Shown here: piece after piece, positions 12,084 through 21,766 of the stretch
Numbering within the stretch: the first letter of the stretch is position 1
Layout: every line of letters begins with the position of its first letter
Assembly: GCA_963716725.1 (NCBI GenBank)
Contig: CAVQUB010000005.1
Coordinates: forward strand, 224,001-288,000
From: an uncultured delta proteobacterium
Lineage (GTDB): Bacteria; Myxococcota_A; Polyangia; Polyangiales; Polyangiaceae
Direction of reading: 5' to 3'
DNA length: 64,000 nucleotides
Translations under genes and position numbers: made by a program
Notes under the pieces: model-generated
Seen by the model: the letters and a program-made list of their open reading frames with translations, nothing else
The model's database searches: none
Told to the model about the DNA's origin: nothing

Positions 12084-13709
12084 TCAGCACGACTTCTTGC
12101 AAGTGCCGGTGCAGCACTTGTCGCCGTTCGAGCAGTCGTCGTCGCCGCAGCACGCGACGCAGCTGCCGTTGCCGCAGTCCTTCTTGCCCGAGGGGCACTC
12201 GCAACCGCCTGCGTTGCAGATCATTCCGCCGGTGCAGTTCTTGCCGCATCCGCCGCAGTGGCTCGCGTTTGTCTTGGTGTCGACGCAGGTGGTCCCGCAC
12301 AGCGTCTGCGATGCGGGGCAGGTCGGCTGACACGCTCCCCCGGAGCAACTGGTGGTCCCACCGGTGGGCGCCGTGCAGGGTTTGTTGCAGCCCCCGCAGT
12401 GCACCGTGGAGACCTTCCAGTCGAAGCAGTCGCTCCCGCACCTGTCGAATCCCGACTTGCACGTGACCGTGCAGTTGCTGCCGCTACAAGCCGGCGAGCC
12501 TTGACCGCTCGGGGGCCCCGCGCACTTCTTACAGGTCGAGCCGCAGTGGTTCGCGTCGTTCGACAAATTGAAACAGGTCGAGCCGCCGCCGCAGGTCGAG
12601 TACCCGCTGTTGCAGGCGAACCCGCAGCCGCCGTTGCTACAGGTCGCCGCGGCGTTGGTCGGCGCGACGCAGGGTTTGTTGCACCCTCCGCAGTGCTGGG
12701 TGCTCCCGTTGGTGTTGGTCTCGCAGCCCGAGGCCACCTTTCCATCGCAGTTGCCCCACCCGGACTTGCAGCTGGAGATGTTGCACGAACCGCCGCTGCA
12801 CGCGGGGTTGGCGTTGGCCAGCGTGCACGCGCCCTTGCAGGCGCCGCAGTGACCGACGCTCGTGTTCTTGTCCGTCTCGCAGCCGTTGCTCAGGTTTCCG
12901 TCGCAGTTCAAGAACGAGCCGGTGCACGCGATGGCGCACTTGCCCCCGCTGCAGGCCGGTAGCCCGTTGGTCGAGTTGCACACCTGATTGCAGCCGCCGC
13001 AGTGGCCGGGATCGGTGCCGATGCTCGTCTCGCAACCGTTGGCTTCGTTCCCGTCGCAGTTGGCCCAGCCGCCTTCGCAACTCTTGATCTTGCAGACCTG
13101 TCCCACGCACTCGTTCACGGCGTGGGCCAAGCTGCACGCATTGCCGCAGAACTTGCAGTTCAGTACGTCGGTGTTGCCATCGACCTCGCAGCCGTTCTTC
13201 TTGTTTTTGTCACAGTCGAGCAGCGTGTCGGGGTCGCAATAGTTGACGACGCAGGCGCCGGCGTCGCAGATCCAGTTCTGCCCATTGATGACCTTGCAGT
13301 CGTTGCCGCAGCTCCCACAGTTGGCGTAGTCGCCGTCCACGTTGGTCTCGCAGCCGTCCACCGGGCTCGCGTTGCAGTCTTGCCAGCCGGGGTCGCACTG
13401 ATCGACTTGGCACTCTCCCGAAGCGGCGCACTTGGCGCTCGCGTGGGGCAGTAGGCAGGGGGAGCAGCCCGTGCTGTCCGAGCAACCGGCCTGCGGGGTG
13501 TTCGCGGTGACGCACGAAAGTTGCCCGCTCGGATCTGGGCAGAGCTTCGACCCCGCGAAGCAGGTGCCGCTGACACCGCCGCCGCCGCCGGCCTCTCCGG
13601 CGCCCGCGTCCGACGGGCTCTCGAGTCCGCCGCCTGTTTCGAGGCCGCACGCTGCCACGGCGACCACTCCGATCGCGACCAGCAGCAGCGAGCCAAGAGC
13701 GCGCCCCAT
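12084..13709 (-). CDS. Cys-rich repeat lipoprotein (myxobacterial GCE...HCGxC repeats)
   Basis: Lipobox VAAC, Gly linker, about 9 repeats ending in (N/H)CGxC, most preceded by GCE(T/V). Confidence 0.85.
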   Translation of the reverse strand: MGRALGSLLLVAIGVVAVAACGLETGGGLESPSDAGAGEAGGGGGVSGTCFAGSKLCPDPSGQLSCVTANTPQAGCSDSTGCSPCLLPHASAKCAASGECQVDQCDPGWQDCNASPVDGCETNVDGDYANCGSCGNDCKVINGQNWICDAGACVVNYCDPDTLLDCDKNKKNGCEVDGNTDVLNCKFCGNACSLAHAVNECVGQVCKIKSCEGGWANCDGNEANGCETSIGTDPGHCGGCNQVCNSTNGLPACSGGKCAIACTGSFLNCDGNLSNGCETDKNTSVGHCGACKGACTLANANPACSGGSCNISSCKSGWGNCDGKVASGCETNTNGSTQHCGGCNKPCVAPTNAAATCSNGGCGFACNSGYSTCGGGSTCFNLSNDANHCGSTCKKCAGPPSGQGSPACSGSNCTVTCKSGFDRCGSDCFDWKVSTVHCGGCNKPCTAPTGGTTSCSGGACQPTCPASQTLCGTTCVDTKTNASHCGGCGKNCTGGMICNAGGCECPSGKKDCGNGSCVACCGDDDCSNGDKCCTGTCKKSC

Positions 13710-13735
13710 TGTCGAACTCTACAATGGAAAGCGGG

Positions 13736-15586
13736 TCAGGGCTCGGGAGGCGTCAGCAGCTCTTTCAGGACGTCGCCGGCGTCCAGCTTGCCGCTGCCGG
13801 GGCCGAGCAGTCGGAGCAAGAGCTTCATCGCTACGTCCACTTCGGGCCCCATTTGTTTCACGGCCTCTTCACCGAGGAAGCCGGCGAGCAGGCTACGCAT
13901 GTCCGGCTTGCCGAGATCCTCGTCCCCATGGGCCTGCTCGAGCCAGCGCTTCGCCAGCGCCTTGACCGGATCCGCGTGCTCGCCTTTGGCGAGCTCGTCC
14001 ACCAGACCTCGGGGCGGCGCGTGTTTGAAGCGATGACGCGCCACGTACGCGCGCATCCTCTCGAAGAACACGGCGTCCCCCAAGGCCTTCTGAAGCTCGC
14101 GGTAGAAGAACGGGCCTTTGCCGTAGACCAACCCCGCGTAGGCGAGCTCGCCCGAGAAAGCGTCCACCGGTCGATCGACGGCGCCGTCCTCGGAACCGAG
14201 CAGGCGCATGGTGTGATAGTTCGCGAGCACCTGCCGGTCCGCCTCGAGCTTGGCGCGCTCTGGACCGTAGCGCTCTTTGATGTGGAGCACCGCGCTCCAC
14301 TGCGCCAGCGCCTCGTCTTGAAACGGGTGCTGGCGGCTGTCGCTGCCGACCAGCCCGGGCCACCACTGGTGGGCGACCTCGTGCGCGGTGACGAACTCGA
14401 GCATCGAGTCGGTCAGCTCCTTCACCCGCGCGTCGTGTCCCGCGCCGCCCAAGAGCCCCGCGAGCATGCCCATGGGGCCCTCCGAGAGCGCGGGTCGATA
14501 GAGCATGCTCGCCACGGTCACCAGCCCGCTGAACTCGACGCCGCCGGCGCCGCCCACAAGCGGCGCCTCGACCACGTCGAGATCGACGTAAGGGTAGCGG
14601 CCGAAGAGCTTCTCGTAGGTGGCGAGGGAAGATGCGGCGGCCTCGAGCACCCGCGCGCCAGCTTCTTTGTCACGCTCCACGAAGTGCGAGCGGACCTCGA
14701 CGTCGCCGACCTTGCGGCTCGCGGACTCGAAGCGCGAGCTGACCAGCAGCGCGAAGTCCCGGACCATGGCGGCTCGGATCAGCGTCTCGCGGCGCAGGCC
14801 CGCGTCGCCTGCGGCAATGGTCGCGCTCTGGCTGCTGATGCCCGAGCTGACCACCTTGGCGTTGGCCGGAGCGAGCACCCTCGCGCGGACGTGGCTCAGG
14901 CGATCGGCGCCGAGATCGCCCATGCTCGAGCCCTCGGGTTTGTCCCACTTGCCGTCGTGAAAGGGCCCGAGCACCGCGTAGAAGCTGGCCAGCGACGCGA
15001 TCTCGTCGCCCCGAGCGAGCAGCCCGTAGTCGCCGGCCCGCTTCCCGCTCTTCAGACGCTCCAGCGACTCGAGGCCCTGGGCGAGCATGGTCGTGCGACC
15101 GGGCTCGATGATCCGCAGCTCCGCCGAGAGCGAGAGCGAGAGCTTGATGCGCTCGCCTGCCGCCAGGGGCTTGTCGAGCTTGGCGACGATCACGCTCGGC
15201 TCGGTCGCGCTCATGGTGCAGCTCGGACCCTCCGAGCACGAGCCCTTCAACAGCTTCACCGGCGGCGACTCGCCCACGGCGTTGGCGTAGATCCGCAGCA
15301 CGATCTCCTCAAGGCTCGATCCGAGGCTGTTGGTGAAGTAGAGCGTCTGTCCGATCTCGGCCTGGCCCAAGTCGTCGCGCAGATCGATCTCGAGATCGTA
15401 CAGGGGCAAGTCGCTGAGCGATTTCACGCCGGCGCCGGCGGCCGCCCCGACGCGCTCGTCACTGCGCAGCGATTCGGCCAGCGGTGCGGCGTCGTACCAG
15501 GTCTTGGCAGGCGCTGAAGTGTGCTTCTTACAGCCGGTAGTGCAGGCGCAGACCATCGCGACGGCGAGCCACGCTCGGCGAGCCAC
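13736..15586 (-). CDS. M1-family (gluzincin) metallopeptidase, probable lipoprotein
   Basis: GGVEFSG, HEVAHQWW followed by DEALA, VYGKGP; signal peptide with Cys. Confidence 0.88.
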   Translation of the reverse strand: MARRAWLAVAMVCACTTGCKKHTSAPAKTWYDAAPLAESLRSDERVGAAAGAGVKSLSDLPLYDLEIDLRDDLGQAEIGQTLYFTNSLGSSLEEIVLRIYANAVGESPPVKLLKGSCSEGPSCTMSATEPSVIVAKLDKPLAAGERIKLSLSLSAELRIIEPGRTTMLAQGLESLERLKSGKRAGDYGLLARGDEIASLASFYAVLGPFHDGKWDKPEGSSMGDLGADRLSHVRARVLAPANAKVVSSGISSQSATIAAGDAGLRRETLIRAAMVRDFALLVSSRFESASRKVGDVEVRSHFVERDKEAGARVLEAAASSLATYEKLFGRYPYVDLDVVEAPLVGGAGGVEFSGLVTVASMLYRPALSEGPMGMLAGLLGGAGHDARVKELTDSMLEFVTAHEVAHQWWPGLVGSDSRQHPFQDEALAQWSAVLHIKERYGPERAKLEADRQVLANYHTMRLLGSEDGAVDRPVDAFSGELAYAGLVYGKGPFFYRELQKALGDAVFFERMRAYVARHRFKHAPPRGLVDELAKGEHADPVKALAKRWLEQAHGDEDLGKPDMRSLLAGFLGEEAVKQMGPEVDVAMKLLLRLLGPGSGKLDAGDVLKELLTPPEP

Positions 15587-15592
15587 TCGCGG

Positions 15593-16747
15593 TCACTCGC
15601 CTTTCCGGGCCGCGCTCGAGTCGCTCGCCGGTGCCGGTGCGCCCGGGTCCTTCACCTCGACCTTGGGCCGGGTCTCGTCTTGTTTGATGCTGTAGCGAAC
15701 CAAGGCGCGCACGGCCTTGTTCCGCTCCACGTTGCCGAGCACCATCTTGAGGTCTTCGTACACGCTGGGGTCGACCAAGAGCGCGCCCACCGTGCCCTTG
15801 CCCGCCCGCACTCCGGCCACGATCTGACGCAGGTCGCGGCTCATCGCGTTGATGTTGCCCATCAGTTCCTGCGACTTGTCGTCGCCGTAGATCAGGCTCT
15901 TGGCGGGGCCGTTGCCTTCGCGCACGCCCTTCAGCGTCAGGGCGAGCTCATCGGCGGCGTTGCCGAACGACGCCACGGTCTTGGTCGGCGCGTCGCCGTA
16001 CAGCACGTCGTGGGCGAAGCCGGGACCCGACTGCACGCGGTGCACGATGGCGTTGATTCCTCGCAAGGTCTGGTTGAGCTCCACCGTCGCGCGCTCCAGA
16101 TTGGTGAGCGTGCGAGAGAGGCGCTCGGCTTCGACGGGATCCTTGAGCAGCTTGCTGGCGTAGCCGTTGCCCTCGTCCAGGTTCTTGAGGACATTGTGCA
16201 GCGAGCGCACCGAGCCCTGCACGTCCTGTGTGAAGCGCTCTTCCGACATGGCGCCGGTGGTCTTCTCCAGGTTGCCCATCACGGTCTCGGCCTTGGCGCT
16301 GATGTTGGCGACCTGACCCACCATGTCGGCGATGTCCTTGGCGGGCTTGGTGGGGATGGTTCCGCCCGCCGGGATGCGCTCGGCTCCTGGCGTGCCGGCC
16401 TTGAGCGTCACCATCTTGTCGCCGAGCAGACCCTTGTTGTCGATGAAGACGAAGCTGTCGGTTCGGATCCGGCGGGCTTCGCCGCGCACCACCGTGAACT
16501 CGACGTAGAGCTTCAAATCATCTGGGTCGTCCGAGTAGCGGACGTCGCTCACGGCGCCGACGTCCACGCCGCCCATGCGCACGGTGGAGCCGCGCTTGAG
16601 CCCCTGCACGTCGTCGAACACCGCACTGTACGCGTCCTTGCGCTCGAAGGCTTGGCGCTCGTCGCCAATCAGGAAGATCACCAGGCCGAAGACGACCAGG
16701 CCGACGAGCACGAACAGCCCGACTTTGATCTCACGCTTCAAGGCCAT
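15593..16747 (-). CDS. mlaD: MlaD/MCE family lipid-transport protein
   Basis: N-terminal TM (EIKVGLFV), FDDVQGL..GS.V.MGGV.VG.V, GLLGDK, helical tail with GTVGALL.D..VY. Confidence 0.88.
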   Translation of the reverse strand: MALKREIKVGLFVLVGLVVFGLVIFLIGDERQAFERKDAYSAVFDDVQGLKRGSTVRMGGVDVGAVSDVRYSDDPDDLKLYVEFTVVRGEARRIRTDSFVFIDNKGLLGDKMVTLKAGTPGAERIPAGGTIPTKPAKDIADMVGQVANISAKAETVMGNLEKTTGAMSEERFTQDVQGSVRSLHNVLKNLDEGNGYASKLLKDPVEAERLSRTLTNLERATVELNQTLRGINAIVHRVQSGPGFAHDVLYGDAPTKTVASFGNAADELALTLKGVREGNGPAKSLIYGDDKSQELMGNINAMSRDLRQIVAGVRAGKGTVGALLVDPSVYEDLKMVLGNVERNKAVRALVRYSIKQDETRPKVEVKDPGAPAPASDSSAARKGE

Positions 16748-16818
16748 GAACGGTCACGGGAGTGTAGTCCCAGGCGGACGCCTCGGAAAGCGCGGGCCTC
16801 GCCGCCGGCTTTCCGGCC

Positions 16819-17598
16819 TCAGCCCGAGCTCAGCAGCGCCTCGACGGACTCCCGGACCGGCGCGCGCCCCTCGATGAAGTCGCTCACGCGCGGATCGGTC
16901 GACGCGCGGAACTCGTCCACGGGACCCTGACAGATGATCACCCCCGAGTGCACCATGGCCATGCGGTCGCTGACGGTGAACGCGCTCTTCATGTCGTGGG
17001 TGACCACGACGCTGGTGAAGTGGAACTTCTCCTGAAGGCCCAGGATCATGTGGTTGACTCGCGCCGTATTGATGGGGTCGAGGCCCGTGGTCGGCTCGTC
17101 GTACAGCACGACCTCGGGCTGCACCGCGATGGCGCGCGCAAGCCCCACGCGCTTGCGCATGCCCCCGGACAGATCCGCCGGCCGCATCTCCTCGACGCCC
17201 GGCAGCCCCACCAGCCCGAGGGCCCAGGCCACGCGGTCGCGGATCTCGGATTTGCTCAATTTCTGCCGAAAGTGCTCCTCGAGCCCGTAGGCCACGTTTT
17301 CGCCGACGTTGAGGGAGTCGAAGAGCGCGCCACTCTGAAACAGCATCGCGATGCGCTGCCGCACCCGCGAGAGCTGGTCTTCGGTCATGCCAGTGAGCTC
17401 CAGGCCGTCGAAGACGATGCTGCCGCGATCCGGGGGCAGAAGCCCGATCAGCATCTTGAGCATCACGCTCTTGCCCACGCCGGAGCCGCCCACGATGGTG
17501 ATCACCTCACCTCGGTACACGTCGAGATCGAGCCCGCGGTACACGACCTTCGGACCGAACGCCTTGCACACCCCGCGAAACGAGATGAGCGGCGTCAT
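16819..17598 (-). CDS. mlaF: MlaF/Mkl-type ABC transporter ATP-binding protein
   Basis: GGSGVGKS, FQSGALFDSL, LSGGMRKRVGLARA, LYDEPTTGLDP, VTHD; adjacent to mlaD. Confidence 0.92.
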   Translation of the reverse strand: MTPLISFRGVCKAFGPKVVYRGLDLDVYRGEVITIVGGSGVGKSVMLKMLIGLLPPDRGSIVFDGLELTGMTEDQLSRVRQRIAMLFQSGALFDSLNVGENVAYGLEEHFRQKLSKSEIRDRVAWALGLVGLPGVEEMRPADLSGGMRKRVGLARAIAVQPEVVLYDEPTTGLDPINTARVNHMILGLQEKFHFTSVVVTHDMKSAFTVSDRMAMVHSGVIICQGPVDEFRASTDPRVSDFIEGRAPVRESVEALLSSG

Positions 17599-17824
17599 TT
17601 CGCGGATGACCGGCTGCACGCGCGTCGAGCGTACCCCCGGCTGAGCCAAAATGGGACAGACCGGGCTGGCCCGCGGCGTTTTGGGCAGCACATCAGCGAA
17701 CGAATACCTACGTGGGCCCGGCCCCGGAAATCATTGCCGGCTTCTTCCTCCCGATTTCTACCGGTTCTCGGTTGAACCCCCGCGACGAAGCGTGTAAGCC
17801 CGGCAACTCGGGAGGTTTCTCTAC

Positions 17825-20800
17825 ATGAAACTAAGACTAATTAATGCAGAAGGGCTCAAGAAGCTCGCCGCTCTTTCCCTCACCGCCGCTCTCGGCGTGG
17901 GTGGAACGGTCGGTTGTGGTGGGGATGACGAGGGCAGCGGGGGCTCCGGCGGCGGCAAGGGCGGCACCGGCGGCAGCGGCGGCAGCGTCGGCGGCACCGG
18001 CGGCACCGGCGGCACCGGCGGCAGCGGCGGCATCGCTGGCGGTGGCGGCACCGGCGGCAGCGGCGGCAGCGGCGGCGGCACCGGCGGCACAGGCACTGGC
18101 GGCATGGCCGGCGGCGGCGGCACCGGCGGCGTGGTGGAGAACCCCTGCGCCACTCCGACCTTCGCGCCCCCCGCGGGCACCTACACCAGCGCACAGAGCG
18201 TCGTCATCTCGTCGACCACTGCGGGCGCCACCATCTACTACACGACCGACGGGACCAACCCGAACAAGAACAGCGTCGTGTACAGCTCGCCCATCGCGGT
18301 CTCGCAGTCGGCGACCATCCGCGCCATGTGCGACGCGCCGGGCTTCACGGATTCGACCGTGGGCGTGGCCATCTACGACATCAACATTCCGGCGGGTCAG
18401 GTCGAGCCGCCGGTCTTCAATCCGGCGGCCGGAACGCAGAACAACGACTACCTGCTCTCGCTGACCTCAGCGACGCCGGCGGCGAACATCTGCTTCACGC
18501 TCGACGGTTCGACCCCGGTCTGCACCAACGGCGTCTGCCAGGGCACGGCTCAGACCTACAACGCCCAGACCCAGGTGCCGATCAACGGCAACATCACCAA
18601 CCCGAGCACCGGTGAAGTGACGGTGACGGCGGTCGCCTGCAAGCCCGCCATGACCAACGGCACCGCGCCAGCGCAGAAGTACACGCTGCAGGTCGCGACC
18701 CCCGCCCTCAACGGTCCCGCTCCGGGCACCTGGGGCTACGATCCGACCAACATGACGCTGATGCCGCTCCTGTCGTCGGCCACCACCGGCGCCGTGACGG
18801 CGCGGTACACGTCGCCGCCGGCCTCGGCTCCCTCGTGCACCAGCGGTATTCTGGTCAACGCTGGCGCGACGCTGCCGACCAACTGGACCATCAACTCCCA
18901 GCTGGGCAACAAGTCCTGGTCCTACGCCGCCTGCAAGGCTGGCTACAAGGGCTCGGACGTCTACGTGGCGGACTACAAGTTCCAGCTCGAGACGCCGACC
19001 ATCACTCCCGACGGCGGCACCTACTTCGCGAACCAGAACGCGGCCATCGACAAGCGCAACGCTGGCACGACGGGCACCTGGTCCTGCACGACCACCGACG
19101 GCGCCGCGCCGGCCTGTGGCACCACGGCCAACGCCTGCGCCACCGGCAGCAATGCCGCCTCGATCACGGTCAACAAGACCGCGACCGTGGTCAAGAGCAT
19201 CGCGTGCAACCTGGCGTTCCTGCCCTCCGAGATCGAAGCGAGCGATCCCTTCGTGATGAAGCTCAACCCGATCAAGTTCACCCCGGTGGACGGCACCCCG
19301 GTGAACTCGGGCACGGGCAACTTGGCGGTGACCATCGCTCAGAACGGCTCCGGCAAGGCGTATAGCTTCATCTGCTACTCGACCACCGCGGCGGTTCCGA
19401 CCTGCGCCTGCACCGGCACTGGTCTCACCAAGGTCAACGGCAACAGCGTTGCCTTGGCGGCCTCGGCGGTGACGGCGGGCACGACGGTCTCGGCCATCGG
19501 CTGCGATGACGGCACGGGCGGCTCGAGCTTCGAGCCGGCCCCCGGCAGCGCGAACTACCCGTCGGCCAACACCATGGCGCAGCCGGGCATCGCGCCAGGC
19601 ACGGGCACCTACAACAACCACCAGAACGTGAAGTTCACCAACAACGACACGCTCCAGGCCGCCAAGATCTGCTACACGCTCGACGGCAGCGATCCCAACG
19701 TCGTCGCGGCCACCTGTGCGGCGGGCAACGGTGTGACCACCTGCGTCCCGGCTGGCACGCTCGCACCCAACGGCGGAAACACGACCCTCAACAACCTGAT
19801 CCAGAAGACCAACGTCACCCTCAAGGCCAAGGCCTGTGACCCCGGTCAGGTGAAGAGCGTGTCGTCGGCTGCAACCGCGGTCTACGTGCTCAAGGTGGCG
19901 ACCCCGACGCTCACGACCACCTCGCCGGCCCCCGGCCCGGTGGCCATCGGCTCGACCATCAACTGGATCTCCGCGACCACGGGCGCGAACTTCTACTTCA
20001 CGGTGGACGGCACCACGCCGAGCTGCGTGGGTGGCGGGACGACCATCCCGGGCAGCGCCTTCCACATGGTCAACCCGGCCTCGACCACCATCAAGGCCAT
20101 CGGTTGCTCGGCGGAAATGACGGAGTCGGACGTCGCCACCTGGACGTACTCGTACTTCATGGCGCCACCGGTCATCTTGCCGAAGGGCGGCACGTTCAAC
20201 GACTGGGTATTCGGAACGGTCACCAACGCCCCGACCAGCACGATCGTGAGCAACGATCACCCGGCGTATCACACCACGTACTCGAACTTCTTCTGCTACA
20301 CCTTCGATGGCAGCACGCCGACGTGCTCGCCCTCGGGTTGTGGCTTCGGTTCGAGCACGATCAGCTGTGGCACCGGCGGTTGCACCACGACCGTTGGCAT
20401 CTCAGCCACGCTGAAGGTCGTCGCTTGCAGCAGCAACGGTCTGCCGGCGTCGACTGCTTCGAGCGAGACCTACCAGCTCCAGGTTGGACCCATCGTGCTC
20501 GGGCCGAACCCGGCCACGACGTACACCTCCCCGCAGGCAGTCACCGCTACGGTGAACCCCGCGCCGGTGGTGAACAGCCCGAACGACTACACGCTCTGTC
20601 GTAAGACGGGTCCCGCCAGCATCCCGCCCCAGCCGAACTTCTGCGGAGTCTCTGCTCTGCAGACCTACCTCGGCGCGGGCTGGACCTGCACGGACTACGG
20701 CACCGGCGGCGCCAAGCCCATCGCCAACTTGAACGTGACGACCGCGGTTTCGGTCATCGCGTGCTCGCCCGGCATGGCCTGGTCGACGGCCCAAGCAACG

Positions 20801-21376
20801 TACTCGTTCAACCCCTACGCACACACCATCACCATGGACGGCGCGAACGACTTCAGCGCCGCCAACGACTCCCTCGACACCGGCGCTGGCGACATCGCCT
20901 ACATGTCGTGGAACGCGACCAACATCTACGTCGGCTACAAGGGTTTCACGCCTTTGAGCGGCGAGACGGTGAGCGTGTACTTCGGCGAGTCGGGCGGAAC
21001 CACCACGCCGGACGGCGCGGGTCACCCGACCTTGCCGAGGAACTTCCCCTACCGCCTGGTATGGAAGAACGACACGCTGTCGGCCTCGATCCGCATGTGG
21101 ACCCCGGGAACCCCCGGTTCTTGGGGGGCGACCGCCATCCCGGTGACCCTGGGCTACACGGGCGGCGCGGGCAACGACTACGTCGAGTTCTCGTTTGCGC
21201 GCAGCGCGGTCGGCACGCCGACCGTGGTGTACATGGCAGGCGGACTCGTCAACGCAGCCGGCAACGCCTACGTCTCGGTGTTCCCCAACCCGCCGAACAC
21301 CAACGCAACCTGGACGCAGTCCTACATGTTCGAGCTCCTCGGCGCAGCCACGCCGAAGAATTCAGCTAAGAACTGA
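17825..21376 (+). CDS. Large surface lipoprotein with ~8-9 chitobiase/Fn3-associated (CHB_HEX_C-like) repeats and a C-terminal DOMON/CBM9-like domain
   Basis: Lipobox TVGC, Gly-rich linker, repeated P..G.Y...ICYTxDGSxP...IKA.AC units, terminal TITMDG.NDF...YMSWNATNIYVG. Confidence 0.8.
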   Translation: MKLRLINAEGLKKLAALSLTAALGVGGTVGCGGDDEGSGGSGGGKGGTGGSGGSVGGTGGTGGTGGSGGIAGGGGTGGSGGSGGGTGGTGTGGMAGGGGTGGVVENPCATPTFAPPAGTYTSAQSVVISSTTAGATIYYTTDGTNPNKNSVVYSSPIAVSQSATIRAMCDAPGFTDSTVGVAIYDINIPAGQVEPPVFNPAAGTQNNDYLLSLTSATPAANICFTLDGSTPVCTNGVCQGTAQTYNAQTQVPINGNITNPSTGEVTVTAVACKPAMTNGTAPAQKYTLQVATPALNGPAPGTWGYDPTNMTLMPLLSSATTGAVTARYTSPPASAPSCTSGILVNAGATLPTNWTINSQLGNKSWSYAACKAGYKGSDVYVADYKFQLETPTITPDGGTYFANQNAAIDKRNAGTTGTWSCTTTDGAAPACGTTANACATGSNAASITVNKTATVVKSIACNLAFLPSEIEASDPFVMKLNPIKFTPVDGTPVNSGTGNLAVTIAQNGSGKAYSFICYSTTAAVPTCACTGTGLTKVNGNSVALAASAVTAGTTVSAIGCDDGTGGSSFEPAPGSANYPSANTMAQPGIAPGTGTYNNHQNVKFTNNDTLQAAKICYTLDGSDPNVVAATCAAGNGVTTCVPAGTLAPNGGNTTLNNLIQKTNVTLKAKACDPGQVKSVSSAATAVYVLKVATPTLTTTSPAPGPVAIGSTINWISATTGANFYFTVDGTTPSCVGGGTTIPGSAFHMVNPASTTIKAIGCSAEMTESDVATWTYSYFMAPPVILPKGGTFNDWVFGTVTNAPTSTIVSNDHPAYHTTYSNFFCYTFDGSTPTCSPSGCGFGSSTISCGTGGCTTTVGISATLKVVACSSNGLPASTASSETYQLQVGPIVLGPNPATTYTSPQAVTATVNPAPVVNSPNDYTLCRKTGPASIPPQPNFCGVSALQTYLGAGWTCTDYGTGGAKPIANLNVTTAVSVIACSPGMAWSTAQATYSFNPYAHTITMDGANDFSAANDSLDTGAGDIAYMSWNATNIYVGYKGFTPLSGETVSVYFGESGGTTTPDGAGHPTLPRNFPYRLVWKNDTLSASIRMWTPGTPGSWGATAIPVTLGYTGGAGNDYVEFSFARSAVGTPTVVYMAGGLVNAAGNAYVSVFPNPPNTNATWTQSYMFELLGAATPKNSAKN

Positions 21377-21401
21377 TCCAGCTGAGTAGGTAAGAACTGT
21401 C

Positions 21402-21446
21402 CGGGGAGCACGGTTCCGCAAGGAACCCTGCTCCCCGCGACTTTTT
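21402..21446 (+). terminator. Intrinsic terminator
   Basis: CGGGGAGCAcGGTTCC-GCAA-GGAACCcTGCTCCCCG hairpin, then TTTTT, 25 nt after the stop. Confidence 0.85.
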
Positions 21447-21513
21447 GTGGGTGTCGACAAGCGACGCCCCCGCGCGTCAGCCCCCGCGCCCGCGCCTCAA
21501 TCGCTCTCGACGC

Positions 21514-21723
21514 TCAGCCCCGCGTCGCTGAGCGCCGCTCGGACAGGCGCGACCGCAGGGGCCCATCTTGCGGCACCGGATCTGGAAGGAAGGCCTGCTC
21601 GTCTTCGACGCCAATCGGGAGCGCCGCATCGACTTCGAGTCGGACACCACCTCCCGTTACCTCGACTTCGCCCCGACCTTCGAGCGCGCCGCGCGCCACG
21701 CGACTGGCTAGAGCGGCGGCCAT
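21514..21723 (-). CDS. Small hypothetical protein downstream of recJ
   Basis: 69-aa ATG ORF filling the gap after recJ; no recognisable motif. Confidence 0.25.
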   Translation of the reverse strand: MAAALASRVARGALEGRGEVEVTGGGVRLEVDAALPIGVEDEQAFLPDPVPQDGPLRSRLSERRSATRG

Positions 21724-21766
21724 GACCGACGCAGAGGTCGCCGGGAAGGTCGGGCCGCTGCCCGCG

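Noticed and set aside
17935..18130. GGC-rich repeat as a special DNA element
   Set aside because: Encodes the ordinary Gly/Ser/Thr linker of myxobacterial lipoproteins; similar linkers occur near 25530 and 56950.
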